Shown here piece after piece: positions 39,902 to 56,628 of a stretch of DNA of 64,000 bases. Numbering within the stretch: position 1 is the first letter of the stretch; every line of letters starts with the position of its first letter. The translations under genes and the position numbers were made by a program. Below the pieces are notes generated by a model that was not told where the DNA came from, ran no database searches, and was given only the letters and a program-made list of their open reading frames with translations. The stretch is taken from NCBI RefSeq assembly GCF_009914755.1, contig NC_060941.1; one strand, written 5' to 3'. The stretch is from the human T2T-CHM13v2.0 reference genome, Homo sapiens.

Positions 39902-40985
39902 TAATTGACATGGTGTTAAAAACCCCAAGGATAAACATAAAAGGAACCTAAAAAAATACAATCAGAAATTTTCAGGAAGCCTAGTTTTCTTTTTTTTTCA
40001 AAAGTGATTTTTCTAGTTGTTTGCTTCCAATAAGCAGCTTATTCTTTAAATTCTGACTTGACTAATAAGGGGGGTAAGGGGTGGCAAATTAGGGGGATCC
40101 TTTGAAAAAAAGAAAACAAGAACCTTCCCCATTCTTCCAAAGAGCCAATATCCAGAGCTCTTTGCAAAACTGTTAGTCCTATCTCTAGAAGGACATTTTT
40201 CTCACCCATTTATATTGTAACGGAAAATATCTTCCACGAAGCAAACATTTTTGAGATTTCAGCTTTCAAATGCACGGTACTTGTGATAAAGGGTGTTTTC
40301 AAGCCCTCTTCTTCACTTAACCTGCCAGCTAACATGGGAAACCATTAGCTCAGGCTGCTACAATTAACTCAGGGCTTCTTCTTGAAAGGCTCACACAATT
40401 CCCAGCTACTTATCATGCAAACAACCTGGGAGACTCATTTTCCTTGCAATGCGGTGGGAGGGGTAAATTACGGAGATAAGTAGATTATTGGGGAAAAAGT
40501 CACACTCGGAGGCCTTATGAAATGATTAAACTCTGGGAAATTCATCCCCCTAAATCCCTGGCCCCTGATAGTACACATTCATTACTGGATCCTGGGTAAT
40601 GTACAATGAAGAACCTCCTTTAGAAGCAATAAATACTCCCACTCCGCTGAATTTTCACTTAACTTTTTAAACAGTGAGTTCTGTAGTTTTGATGAGTGAG
40701 AGTCATCATATACGAAGCAAATTAAAGGAAAGGGAAGGGGTCATGAGACTTGTAAGATTTTTAAATACTGTACTGTTTTGCTAAAATAGGAAAAGTACAA
40801 ATATTAAAATAAAACCAATAACATATAACTCTAGAAAAATAGGGTCTTACTGACTTCCTTGGATTAACTTCATAAACTCCATATCAACAGAAACCATTTC
40901 ATATTTGATTAACAGCCTTGTTCAAATCTATTATGACAAAATATATACTCTCTAAGAAGTATTTCCTATAGCAAATATTTGTCAA

Positions 40986-41036
40986 TAGTCAAGTTGACTC
41001 TTATTAGTCAAGTTGACTCTTATTAGTCAAGTTGAC
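40986..41036. repeat. 19-bp tandem repeat x2.7 with an internal palindrome
   Basis: TAGTCAAGTTGACTCTTAT twice plus TAGTCAAGTTGAC, no mismatches. Confidence 0.95.
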
Positions 41037-41699
41037 GAACAGCCTGAAATGATGTTTCGGAAAGAAAAAGTCTAGGAAAGTAACTTAAATGAATGTAACC
41101 ATGAGCTGGAGACAGAAAATGAACCCTCATTTTTCTGGCAAAAGGGGGAAAAAAAACAACATACAAACACACACACAAAAAAACAGGCACCCTGATAACC
41201 AAAATCCTAATAAGAGAACTTCGTGGTGGAGACTGTTAGTATCAGCGTTGACTTTCTACTCCCAGCTACTGAATTGCAGATTCAGATTGCAACCTCAGGC
41301 ATTCCAAAATACAGCAGTGCACTCACTTAAAATCGCTCTTGGAAATACGCGAGGAATTGCTAACTCTCTAAGTAAAGCTGAGCCTTTTTGATAGAATAAA
41401 ACACATCTGCTTCTTCCTTATAAATAGACTATTCACTACCTGGAGGAATTCAGTCTTGCCCCCACCTGTCTGCTTAAAGTGAAGATCTGCTTTGTGAGGT
41501 ACAATGTAACCTGCTCTTGTCTCAATACAAAACCTTCAGTAAAGGCTATAATTTATCAAAATTCTTGGAGCTGCTTTTGTATGTGAGCAAAGAGTGTGCA
41601 CCTGTTTTGGGAGGAGAGTGGGACAGGATGGGCTGAGATGAATCTTGTGGGGTTGGGGAGGGGTGGTCCACGGAGATCTGTTCTCATTTGATTTATAGT

Positions 41700-41830
41700 A
41701 AGGCTATTCCAATTTTTATAAATGAAATACCTGAAGCTTGGAGAGGTTAAGTAACTTACCCAAGGTCTCGATGTTAGAGCTGGGATTCAGATCTACACTG
41801 ATTTTGGAACCCAAAGTCTAAATACTATAC
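41700..41830 (-). mobile_element. MIR fragment
   Basis: CCAATTTTTATAAATGAAATACCTGAAGCTTGGAGAGGTTAAGTAACTTACCCAAGGTC. Confidence 0.75.
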
Positions 41831-41900
41831 TAGACTTATCTTGGAAGACAGTAGAGAACACAATCCTAGTTTGATATCTCAAATTGCTGTACTTCACTTA

Positions 41901-42296
<396 letters not shown>

Positions 42297-42609
42297 CTAT
42301 TCGCAGCTGCCTGAAATATGTATCTGCAATGGAATGATATGTATTTCACAACAGAATTGAGATTCAAATGAGAATGCACAGCAAGAAAGTAAGACAGAAA
42401 GAAACAATTTTCACTAAAAAAACTTGGTGTATATATTAATGAAGAACTGCTTTTAGAAACTGCAATATGTAATATTAACAGTGAGATAATAATCACATTT
42501 ATAGTTAAATAGAAAGAAATGTTTTTAATATCCATGAAATGAGGCACATATATCTTGGCATCCCTATTTGAACTGTGATTAAAATAGACTGACGGAATAT
42601 AAACAGAGT

Positions 42610-42835
42610 CTAGTTATTAAGAACACAGTCAGTCTGAAGCCCAGTTCAACCACTTACTAGCTGTGTGGCCTTGGGTAAATCACTGAACCTTTCTGTGCTT
42701 CAGTTTCTTCATCTGCGAATGTGGATATTACATGTCCCTATCTCATTGGATGGTTGTGAGGATTCAATGAAATAATACATCGAAGTACTTGAAACAGTGC
42801 CTGATAACATGGTAAGTACTTTATAAGTGTTAGTG
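42610..42835 (+). mobile_element. MIR
   Basis: CCACTTACTAGCTGTGTGGCCTTGGGTAAATCACTGAACCTTTCTGTGCTTCAGTTTCTTCATCTG. Confidence 0.85.
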
Positions 42836-42839
42836 TTAA

Positions 42840-43144
<305 letters not shown>

Positions 43145-43195
43145 TCGTTAAATTCTTATTAAACACATAAAAAAACCTATATAAGCATGAGACTC

Positions 43196-43499
43196 TTTTT
43201 TTTTTTGTTTTTTGTTTTGAGATGGAGTTTCGTTCTTGTTGTCCAGGCTGGAGTGCAGTGGCGTGATCTTGGCTCACCGCAACCTCCACCTCCTGGGTTC
43301 AAGTGATTCTCCTGCCTTGGCCTCCTGAGTAGCTGGGATTACAGGCATGCGCCACCACGCCCAGCTAATTTTGTATTTTTAGTAGAGATGGGGTTTCTCC
43401 ACGTTGGTCAGGCTGGTCTCAAACTCCCGACCTCAGGTGATCCACCTGCCTCGGCCTCCCAAAGTGCTGGGATTACAGGCGTGAGCCACCGCGTCTGGC
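43196..43499 (-). mobile_element. AluSp
   Basis: CTCACCGCAACC, GTTTCTCCACGTTGGTCAGG and CTCCCGACCTCAGG; TSD AGCATGAGAC. Confidence 0.93.
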
Positions 43500-43829
43500 A
43501 AGCATGAGACATTTTAAGGGATATCATAAAAGATAGTAAATGCACAGGTTAAAAGAGTAAGGAAATTCAGTGCTGGTGGGAAGGCTGTTGAATACTCACT
43601 GAGTTGAGGCTTATACAGAAATCACGCAAGCTGGACTGATTTGTTAGGAGAGCAAGGCAGAATTATGAGACGGAAGGTCACTTGGGTTAAAGAGCAGGTC
43701 TGAGTGGAGTTAGAAAGTGGAATGACAGGTGGTTACATTACAGAGAGGAATTTTTAGAGTTAGAGGTAGAACAGTTCCAGATGTACTAACTCCACTCTGC
43801 AGTCACGGAGATGGAGAAATTATGACCTA

Positions 43830-44213
<384 letters not shown>

Positions 44214-44638
44214 AAGAGGTCACTGTGAATTGAGTGTCAAAATCCTCAAGGAACATGGGTGGGTGATAAGAAAGTCAAAACGTATCAGTGAGGGGTTTTC
44301 GTTGAAGATGTCGACATCCACTGCAGCCGGTTTAGCAAAAGAGGGCTTTTTAAAAAAGTGAATTAGGAGCTTATAAAACCTTCAGGACAAGCAGAAAACC
44401 CAACCAAATTTTGAGGATTCACAATCAGCACCAATAGATCCAATAATCCAACAGGACAGTTCCTACAGAAATGCCACTGCTGCAGCTGTCTGCCAAGGGT
44501 TACAGAGAACAGTAGGAACTAGGTGCCAGAATCTGCTGAACACAAAGAGCCAAATGTCCCCAGCTGCCATGCCCATCACAAGATCTGATCCCCTGTGCAC
44601 AGCTAACACCCTGTAAGGGTCACTTCTATCTCTAAGTC

Positions 44639-44929
44639 TTTTTGAGACGGAGTCTCGCTTCTGTCGCCCAGGCTGGAGTGCAGTGGTGTGATCTCAGCTC
44701 ACTGCATGCAACCTCCACCTCCTGGGTTCAAGCGATTCTTATGCCTCAGCCTCCTGAGTAGCTGGGACTACAGGCACGTGCCACCACACCCGGCTAATAT
44801 TTTGTATTTTTAGTAGAGACGGGGTTTCACTATGTTAGCCAGGATGGTCTCGATCTCCTGACCTCGTGATCCACCTGCCTCGGCCTCCTAAAGTGCTGGG
44901 ATTACAGGCATGAGCCACCGTGCCCAGCC
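44639..44929 (-). mobile_element. AluSc-like with a very short tail
   Basis: GTTAGCCAGGATGGTCTCGATCTCC together with TTCAAGCGATTC. Confidence 0.9.
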
Positions 44930-45019
44930 TCTCCCTTTAAATTCCCATAACAGTTTACCTATAGGTCTCTCTATTTACTTTAAGTTCTCATAAGAGTTTA
45001 CCTACATTTCTCTGACATC

Positions 45020-45185
45020 ACTGATCTCATTTGGTTTAACAGTTATTTATATACACGTCTTAACTCCCCTACTGAACTAAGCTTTCTAAGGCAGTGTATA
45101 TGATCTACTGACTTCTGTATTTTTTTCCCAGCAACCAGTGTAACTCCTTGCTCTCTAAAAATGTTTGATGAATGAAAGATGAATT
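45020..45185 (+). mobile_element. L2 3' terminus
   Basis: GTCTTAACTCCCCTACTGAACTAAGCTTTCTAAGGCAG..AAAATGTTTGATGAATGAA. Confidence 0.6.
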
Positions 45186-45392
45186 AACACTTTCATGCCC
45201 TCTATTATATCATTTGGTGATTTCCAATGTCCGTGAGGAATAGAATTGCCAGGTAGTCAGCCAATTTGTTTTGAGGTTTATTCTAACCAAAATGCTAAAC
45301 TTCTAAAAATGCTCATAATTCTGGGTCTTGCTATACTTATACTACAGACTTCCCATTAGATCATGAGATTGGGAATATATATTTTATATCTG

Positions 45393-45707
45393 TTTTTTTG
45401 TTTTGTTTTGTTTTTGAGACGGAGTCTCACTCTCTCTCCCAGTCTGGAGTGCAGTGATATGATCTCGGCTCACTGCAAGCTCCGCCTCCCAGGTTCATAC
45501 CATTCTTCTGCCTCAGCCTCCCGAGTAACTGGGACTACAGGCGCCCCCACTCCCATGCCCGGCTAATTTTTTGTATTTTTTTTTTTTTTAGTAGAGACGG
45601 GGTTTCACTGTGTTAGCCAGGATGGTCTCGATCTCCTGACCTAGTGATCCACCTGCCTTGGCCTCCCAAAGTGCTGGGATTACAGGCATGAGCCACCATG
45701 CCCGGCC
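45393..45707 (-). mobile_element. AluY
   Basis: Y diagnostics; flanking TTTTATATCTGT repeat. Confidence 0.92.
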
Positions 45708-45821
45708 GCTTATCTTTTATATCTGTATATACCCTGAGGAATATCCTAAGCCCCCCAGCCGACTGAATGGATTCCCCTTGGCCAAGGGTAGCCCAGAGAA
45801 GCCTTAAAAAACTGAGTTCCT

Positions 45822-46487
<666 letters not shown>

Positions 46488-46729
46488 CTAAGTCTCCACC
46501 CCAGAGGGAAAATGTGGGATGCGTGTCACATGCATTTGTTTACTACACATGCACAACCCTTTTCATAAATATTCATAACTCCTATAACATGTTGACTATG
46601 TATATTTAGCCAACCTGTTCAGCATAAATTCCTGTCTCATGCTTCCCTCTCTCAAAGTGCCTGCTTTTGGTTTCTATCGGAGGCTATGCTTCCCAGCCTG
46701 CAGGATGGCCGGCCTACAAAAATAAAGCT

Positions 46730-47033
46730 GGTGGGCATGGTGGCTCACGCCTGTAATCCTAGCACTTCAGGAGGCTGAGGTAGGCAGACTGCCTGAGCTC
46801 AGGAGTTTGAGACCAGCCTGGGTAACATGGTGAAACGCTGTCTCTACTAAAATACAAAAAACATTAGCTGGGTGTGGTGGTGTGTACCTGTAGTCCCAGC
46901 TACTTGGGAGGCTGAGGCAGGAGAAAGGCTTGAACCCGGGAGGTAGAGGTTGCAAGTGAGCCGAGATCACGCCACTGCACTCCAGCCTGGGTGATAGAGT
47001 GAGACTCCATCTCCAATTAAAAAAAAAAAAAAA
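46730..47033 (+). mobile_element. AluS
   Basis: TSD AATAAAGCT at 46721-46729 and 47036-47044. Confidence 0.9.
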
Positions 47034-47190
47034 GTAATAAAGCTCTCCTTTCCAAGTATATGAACCTCGTGATTCATCAGTTGACACCCCTATAATGTCT
47101 ACTGTAGGACATGCTCAAAGGACACGTGATGACTTGTCTAAGTTCAGATGTTATCTGGGACATGTGGATGGGCCCTGAACTTTGTCTAAG

Positions 47191-48015
47191 TATGATACTG
47201 TAATTTATAATGAGAAATATATATTTGGCCTTGTTTAATTTCCTGGCAGCTGATCCTAAAACCTTTGGAATCTCTAAAGTGATAAGTGTCTTTCTGAATG
47301 TTAATGAGATGATGGCTGACTGGGGGCTCCTAGATAGCATCAGGATGGGGGAACAGAGGAAGCAACTGTATGATTAGGAGGTTTGAACTTTCAGCCCCAT
47401 CCCATGACCTCCGGGAAGAGGAGAGCAGCTGAAGGTTGAGTTGATCACCAATGGTCAATAATTTAATCTACCATGTTTATGTAATGAAGCCTCCACAAAA
47501 ACCCAAAAGTACAGGGTTTGGACAGCTTCCAGGCTGCTGACCATGTGGCGGTACTGCGAGGGTGGCATGCCCAGAGAGTGCATGGAAGCTCTGTGCCCCT
47601 ACCCATACCTTACCCTGTGCATCTCTTATATCTGCCTGTTCATTGTATCCTTTTACAATAAATGAGTAAAGTAAATGAAGTGTTTCTTGGAGTTCCGTGA
47701 CCCATTTTAAGCAAATAATCGAACCCAAGGAAGGGGTCCTGGGAACCCCCAATTTACAGCTGGTCATTGAGAAATTCCAGACACTTTGACTTGTGATTGA
47801 CATTTGAAGTAGGGGACAGTCTTAGGGGCCCTGTGAGATTTAACTCTAATTCCAGGTAGATAGTGTCCATTGCATTAAATTACAGGACATCTAATTGGTA
47901 TCCGCCAGAGAACTGATGAGCAAGGAAAATCATTCACACCTGGTATCAGAAGTGAAGCATTGCGGGTGAGGAGAGTGGAATAGGAAAAGACAGTCGGTTC
48001 TTTTTTCCTATCTCA
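47191..48015 (+). mobile_element. MER21-family solo LTR
   Basis: TGATACTGTAATTTATAATGAGAAATATATATTTGG..CCTAAAACCTTTGGAAT..TATGTAATGAAGCCTCCACAAAAACCC..GGTATCAGAAGTGAAG. Confidence 0.82.
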
Positions 48016-48482
48016 CGCACTAAGGTGTCTATAAGATTTCTGTATGATATATTTGTGTAGATGAAAGGAATAAGGGACATTAGACTGGATTTACTCTGGA
48101 AAAGATATGATCTAACACAAGAGAGGACAAGAGGCATAAAAGAGCCATAGCTCTGTAACAATGAAGAGAACTGAAAAAGAACCAGTGGTGAAAGAAAGAG
48201 CTCTATACATTTCTGGAAGACAGAACGTAAATGGGATAGGGCTGACTACTCAAATCAAGGAAGTAGTACGGCCTAGAAAACACATGAGGAAGAGCCGGCA
48301 CTGAAGAGGGCACCAACCTGCCAAGCACACCCTTGAGATGTAGAGATGGCAAAGCATGAGTGAGAAATGGGGCTGAAAACAGGATTCACTGAAGATCTTT
48401 ACACAGACCCTCCCGCTTACCAAGTGATAAAACCGCGCCAGGCAAATAAGTGTCTTATCTATCCACAAAAAGCAAGGCTGTT

Positions 48483-48899
<417 letters not shown>

Positions 48900-49128
48900 T
48901 CAGGGTTGGGGCAGGGAGTTTCCCCAGTGACCTGGATGCGAGGCCCATCAATCAGCCAGCTCCATCCACATTTACATAGAGCTTCCCATTGGCCTTTCTA
49001 CTTCCCAATTCTTACATATGAACTCGCTCTGAAGATACATCACACACTTGAGCAAAGTCTATGGCATGCTATAGAAGGCACAGAATAAGCAAATAGAAAA
49101 ACTGACTCTAGAGGACACAGAAATAATT

Positions 49129-49315
49129 TTTTTTAAATACTTCAAGTTCTAGGGTCCATGTGCACAACGTGCAGGTATGTTACATAGGTATTTATGTGCC
49201 ATGTTGGTTTGCTGCACCCATCAACTCATCATTTACATGAGATATTTCTCCTAATGCTATCCCTCCCCCAGCCCCCCACCCACCAACAGGCCCCAGTGTG
49301 TGATGTTCCCCACCC
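49129..49315 (-). mobile_element. L1PA 3' end, 5'-truncated (about 190 bp)
   Basis: AAGTTCTAGGGTCCATGTGCACAACGTGCAGG..GTGTGATGTTCCCC; 17-bp TSD AGGACACAGAA(A/G)TAATT at 49112-49128 and 49316-49332. Confidence 0.92.
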
Positions 49316-50162
49316 AGGACACAGAAGTAATTCTGATAACAGAAGAGAACTTGAAAACAAAATACAACATGTGGAAGACTCTTGTTAGTATTCTTGAAGA
49401 AACTAGAAAAAAATATTGTACCCATAAAAATAATGACAGAATCCAATGGAGAAGGAATAATCTAGAATAAGAAAGAGCACTTGGAAAGTAAATGACCCAC
49501 ACCCTAACCATGTTTTGACATTTCAGAACAGCAACAAAAGAAAGGCCCTAAAAGCTTCCAGAGTGAAAAACGAACAATACGGCAGTAACAAGATAAATAA
49601 AAACAGGTCACAAACAAATTGGACTCGTGTCAGAGTTCTCATCAGTACTGGAGATGATCAGACATTAAAGCTCCGAAGATAAACTATTATTTAGAATTCT
49701 ATACCCAGTAAAACTATCAAGCATGAGGATGGTATAAAGCATTTTTCCACATGTGAGAATTCATAAGGCATACCACTCTTGCCCCCCTGTTTTAGAAGGT
49801 TTAGAATATAGTTCAACAAAATGTGAAAACTGTGATAAAAGGGAAAAAATGAGATCAGAGAAACAGAATAATCACACAGGATAACAATGAATAGAAATGC
49901 CAGAATGACAAGCAGTTCTCAAAACAGGGGTGCAGAGCCAGTGCGGATTGGAGCAGAAGATAGCATGTAGAAGGGAGCTCTCCAGGAAAATCAATAAAGA
50001 GTAAATGACAAACTAGCAAACAACCAAAGAAATAAATGAATAAATACATTCCCCTAGAGATTATCTGATGAATTTTTCCACGTGGAAATTAGTACTGTGA
50101 AGCATTTTAAGAGATGTTGATATATTAAAAAATTACCCACAAGTGCATTAAAAACTAAAGAA

Positions 50163-50450
<288 letters not shown>

Positions 50451-50669
50451 CTAAAGAAAAGAAAAAACTGCATTATCGATACCTGGAAAATTTAAGTTAT
50501 ACAATACAGAAAATGCAACAGCAGCACATCATTTGATTCAACAGGAAACAAGATTTACAGTCATATCCCATCCAGACTGGAACAAGAAGCCAGAGGGTTT
50601 GAGGATCTTGGTCTCCAGGGAAAAAGGAAGATTCGGTTCAGAAAAAAATTTCAAAATAAAATGAAAGCC

Positions 50670-50970
50670 GGCCAGGCACAGTGGCTCACACCTGTAATCC
50701 CAGCACTTTGGGAGGCCGAGGTGGGTAGATCACGAGGTCAGGAGTTCAAGACCAGCCTGACCAACATGGTGAAACCCTGTCTCTACTAAAAATACAAAAA
50801 TTAGCCAGGCCTGGTGTCACACACTTGTAATCCGAGCTACTCGGGAGGCTGAGACAGGAGAATCACTTGAACCCAGGGGGCAGAGGTTGCAGGAGCTGAG
50901 ATCTTGCCATTGCACTCTAGCCTGGGCAACATAGTGAGAGTCCATCTCAAAAATAAATAAATAAATAAAT
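50670..50970 (+). mobile_element. AluSg-like
   Basis: TSD AAAATAAAAT(G/A)AAAGC. Confidence 0.92.
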
Positions 50971-51048
50971 AAAATAAAATAAAAGCAAACTGGAAACTCT
51001 AGGAAATACTAAAGGTGATGTTTAAAAAATAAAAAATAAAAATTTTAC

Positions 51049-51462
<414 letters not shown>

Positions 51463-51609
51463 TTACAGGGAGGGAAATATCATTAACCATAGCTCATTTC
51501 TTGGTATTACACTGTATAATATTCATATACACATAATAATATGAAAGTTATTTACTGGCTCTTAACTTCTGGAACCAACTTAAAGGTACAGTATAGAAAT
51601 CTTCCTTGT

Positions 51610-51919
<310 letters not shown>

Positions 51920-52246
51920 TTAATTGTGATCCCAACGGGGCCTCCAAAAAAAAAAAAAAACTTAACTCTAGTTAAATTGGAGTGCAAACGTTATCAACAG
52001 CTGATAGAAATGAAGGGCAGAGAGACGAGAGAAGAGGTAGAAGAAAGGTGAGATGGCATACTGTCTATAATCAGTGATACAGGAAAAGGAAATAGAGCTT
52101 TAAGTGTATTAAAGTTACAATAGCAATACACAGAGGAATAAAAATAACGACATGGGAAAGGGGAGAGGTATGTAGAGCGTATGAATGAAACCCTATCTAT
52201 ATCAGGAAATCAATAGGTAATGTCTAAAGTTGAAAAATCAAAAATA

Positions 52247-52815
<569 letters not shown>

Positions 52816-55085
52816 ATAAATATACCATTTATTAATATGCAAATAATCGCCAAAAAACAGGAAAAGGAAAAATGGTTCAAACTGATTGACTCTGGAGATC
52901 AGGACAGGGGATAAGAAGAGATGGGGCAGGGGCCAGCTGATTTGTTTAAAACTGTGTAGATGCATTATTTAAGTGTGTTAAAAGATTTTCACAGAGTAAA
53001 CATGTACTCTGGAACCTGAACTTTTTGGCTCATGACTGCTAAGAAATTAACCTTTGACAAGTACTATTGGATTCACTTATTTCTATCAGAATACGTTCGT
53101 CCCAGGGCTATCCAGACCCCAGCCAGCAGTACACAAGTCCTCAGCAGTACCCAGATGACATGCCACAGGGCATGATGTGAAGGATGGAGGAAGTATAAAT
53201 GGCGGGTTAGCGGTCATCTCAGGGAATTTCAACTCTAGGTCATTACAAAGAGGAAGATCTCCCCTGGGCTCACTGCCGGAATAACCCTGGGTCTCACCAG
53301 ACTTCCATGGTCCTGCTGGACAGAATAAGTAAAATGTCTGATATTTTCCTTTTGAAAGCACTAGGAACAGCTCAAGGATTTGCACAGCAGAATGAAAGAG
53401 GAGCTGTCACTGAGTTCCTTAGGACTCACAGCTTGAAAGGAAGGAGGAGGCCCACAGGGGGCCTGAGGACCAAGCCCAGCAGGGGACGCTGAGCACTTCC
53501 ACAGCCCAGGGGGTGGGACCAGAGCTCTTAAAGCCACAGATCTCCTCTGCAGGCACAGAGACCCTCACAGCAGGGATCCATTCACACCAGTCACCCTTGG
53601 AGACTGCTATTTATGCTAAAGAAATTTATCCCACTGCATTGTATGCTTCTTGTCCAGAGTTCTCTTGGATCCCTTGTTTACGGCCTTAGTCTTATATTGT
53701 GAGCAGTGGAATGGACAGGCCATTTAAGAGGGCAGGGATGGCTAATGATGGGTCTGTTAGCCCTGCAGTCAGTCTTTCCTTTGTGAACCAAACCCAATTT
53801 GGGTGCATTTGCTAAAAAAAAAAAAAAAAAAAAAAAAAAGAGGCAAAACCCTCATTTGAAGTTGAAGAAATGTTAGTTGTATTCCATTCCTTTTATGAGG
53901 AAAAAAAAAAACACAAACACACACACTGGAAGAAACCAAAAACTTTATAATATTTATGATCCATTCTTTCGGTGGTCAAAATACATATCCGATTTTTTCA
54001 GGTGTAGGTACAAACACTGTAGTTCCTTAAGATTGAGAAGATCTTAAAAAATAGGGGGTCTTTTCATCACTAGAGAGATGCTAATTTTTATCTTGCAAAA
54101 AGTAAAGAGAAGCCCCTTCAGAAAATGTTTTCTTTTGAGGCAGAACTTAAACAGATGCCAATGCTTTCATGAATTTTGTGAGCTAAATCCTTATAAATCC
54201 TTTGAGTTGACAGATCAATTATTCCTTCTAACAGCTAATGAACTAATAACCCTTGGAAATTTCTCCTTCCTTGGGTTTAAAATAGAAAAAAAGAAAACCT
54301 TAGGGGGAAAAAATCAATTAAAGACTACATAGCAATAAGAATCAATTAAACTCATTATAACTTTTTAAAGAGAGCTATATTTTCTTCAAGAGCTATGATT
54401 TTTAAATTAAAAACACGTCAAATAACTCTGTATTTTATAAACCACAAATATTCTTAAAACATGTCTTTAATTCACATTGTGTCCAGGCAAAGGAAAGTGA
54501 GAAAGGCTAGAAAAACAGAAAAGGAGACAGAGATGGACCTTGCAGAAGGCAATCAGAAGAACGGTGGGATCACGGTGGGATCACCGAATGCCTCTCTGTA
54601 CAAGGCACCGTGGTAGACTCTCAGGGCACCAGAAAGAGAAAAAGACATACGCACACAGCACTGGAGAAAAAATGAAGAGAAGAGAGAAAGGAAGGGAGAT
54701 TGCGTTACTCCAGAATGCTCTAGACAACACTGTGAAGAGAGGAGGCCTGTCCTGAGCGTCTTGCTGATAGAAGTGGAGATTAGCAGGAGTTGGCAGAGTC
54801 CATATGCTGGGCATTCAAGGAGTTAGGCCCAAACGGGACAATGAGGACCAGAGCAGGTGGCAGAAAGGGAACGAGAAGAATGGGAATGCACGCAGGTGCT
54901 GGAGGTGAGCCCTGATCCCAAGAATGAGGTGGTACCTGCTGGGGGAATGGGACACAGGCGCAGTGGGGCGGAGAGGCATCGGTCCTATTTGTGGATCTGA
55001 CATCATGGCCAAAGATTTTAACAGATGAGAAAACTGAAGCAATGGGAATTTCAGTAAAAGACTTGCTCAAGGTCTCAGGGCATCC

Positions 55086-55161
<76 letters not shown>

Positions 55162-55170
55162 AACACACAC
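55086..55170. repeat. Compound (CT)n(CA)n microsatellite
   Basis: Directly visible. Confidence 0.97.
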
Positions 55171-55349
55171 TCCAGTTGTACGTGTATGTACAAGAAAGTC
55201 TGTGCTTTGTTTTTAATTAAGGAACTAGAGCATGATGGTCATCCAGGTACCAGCCCACAAACGCTGCTCTTCCTTCCTGCAGTGCAGTTCTTGGAAGTGA
55301 AAAGCAAAGTCTCATTTGAAATTGAGTGAGTGGTCTTTTTTCCAAATTA

Positions 55350-55799
<450 letters not shown>

Positions 55800-55856
55800 T
55801 CAGCATCACAGCTCCACTCTTATTTGGCCTCAGTTGCTCTGACTATAACAGGGATA

Positions 55857-56268
55857 CGAATGGTCCCTGACCATGGTTCCACTTACAAATTTTTGACTTC
55901 GAGATGATGCAAAGGCAATATGCATTCAGTAGAAACTGAATTTTGAATTTTGTTATTTTCCTGGGCTAGTGATATGTGGTATAGTACTCTCTTGTGATGC
56001 CAGGTGGCAGCAGCAAGTACAGCTCCCAGCCAGCCACATGATCATGGGAGTAAACAACCAGTATTGTACTCTGTGATGTACTGTGTTGCCAGATGATCTT
56101 GCACAACTGTGGGCTAATGTAAGTGTTCTGAGCACCTTGAAGATAGGCTAGGCCGAGCTATGATGTTCAATAGATTAAGGGTATTAAAAGCGTTTTCAAC
56201 TTAACGATATTTTCAACTTAAGATGGGTTTATTAGAACATAACCCCCTCATAAGTCAAAGAGCATCTG
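55857..56268 (-). mobile_element. MER47B-like Tigger DNA transposon inserted in a MIR
   Basis: TA-flanked; ends TCATAAGTCAAAGAGCATCTG; shares GGCTAATGT..GCTAGGC..CTATGATGTT with the element at 35948-36609. Confidence 0.78.
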
Positions 56269-56449
56269 TAATTATAGTTATACCTCAAGTTGTGAATAGG
56301 AATAAACCAACCATAGTTTATTCCTATGGTGATAAACCAAACTATTCATAAGGGCTTATAAGGTATGTATAGTGTATGAATGAAACCCTATCTATATCAG
56401 GAAATCCCCAAGACCCATCTATGGACTTGTGGCCCTGTTAAGGTAAAGC

Positions 56450-56628
56450 TAGGGCCAGCTTTATGGGTGTGTGACCCTCAGAGATGACACAGGGTTCCCA
56501 TGTTAAAGGGGGCCCATGCTTGATTCAACACTCTGCTGTTGCCATCTTGACATTCTTGATAATTTCCGAACAAGGGGCCCTGCATTTTCATTTTGCGATG
56601 GGCTGCGCGAATTACATAGTTGGTCCTG
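56450..56628 (+). mobile_element. MER45A-like hAT DNA transposon
   Basis: 179 bp, AGGGCCAGCTTTATGGGTGTGTGACC..AATTACATAGTTGGTCCTG; 8-bp TSD GGTAAAG(C/T) at 56442-56449 and 56629-56636. Confidence 0.82.

Noticed and set aside
40986-41036. Palindromic direct repeats suggestive of a CRISPR array
   Set aside because: No unique spacers, only 2.7 units, no cas genes, primate context.
53814-53839. Isolated poly(A) runs (also about 16418, 17691 and 28246) as processed-pseudogene tails
   Set aside because: No TSD and no recognisable transcript body upstream.
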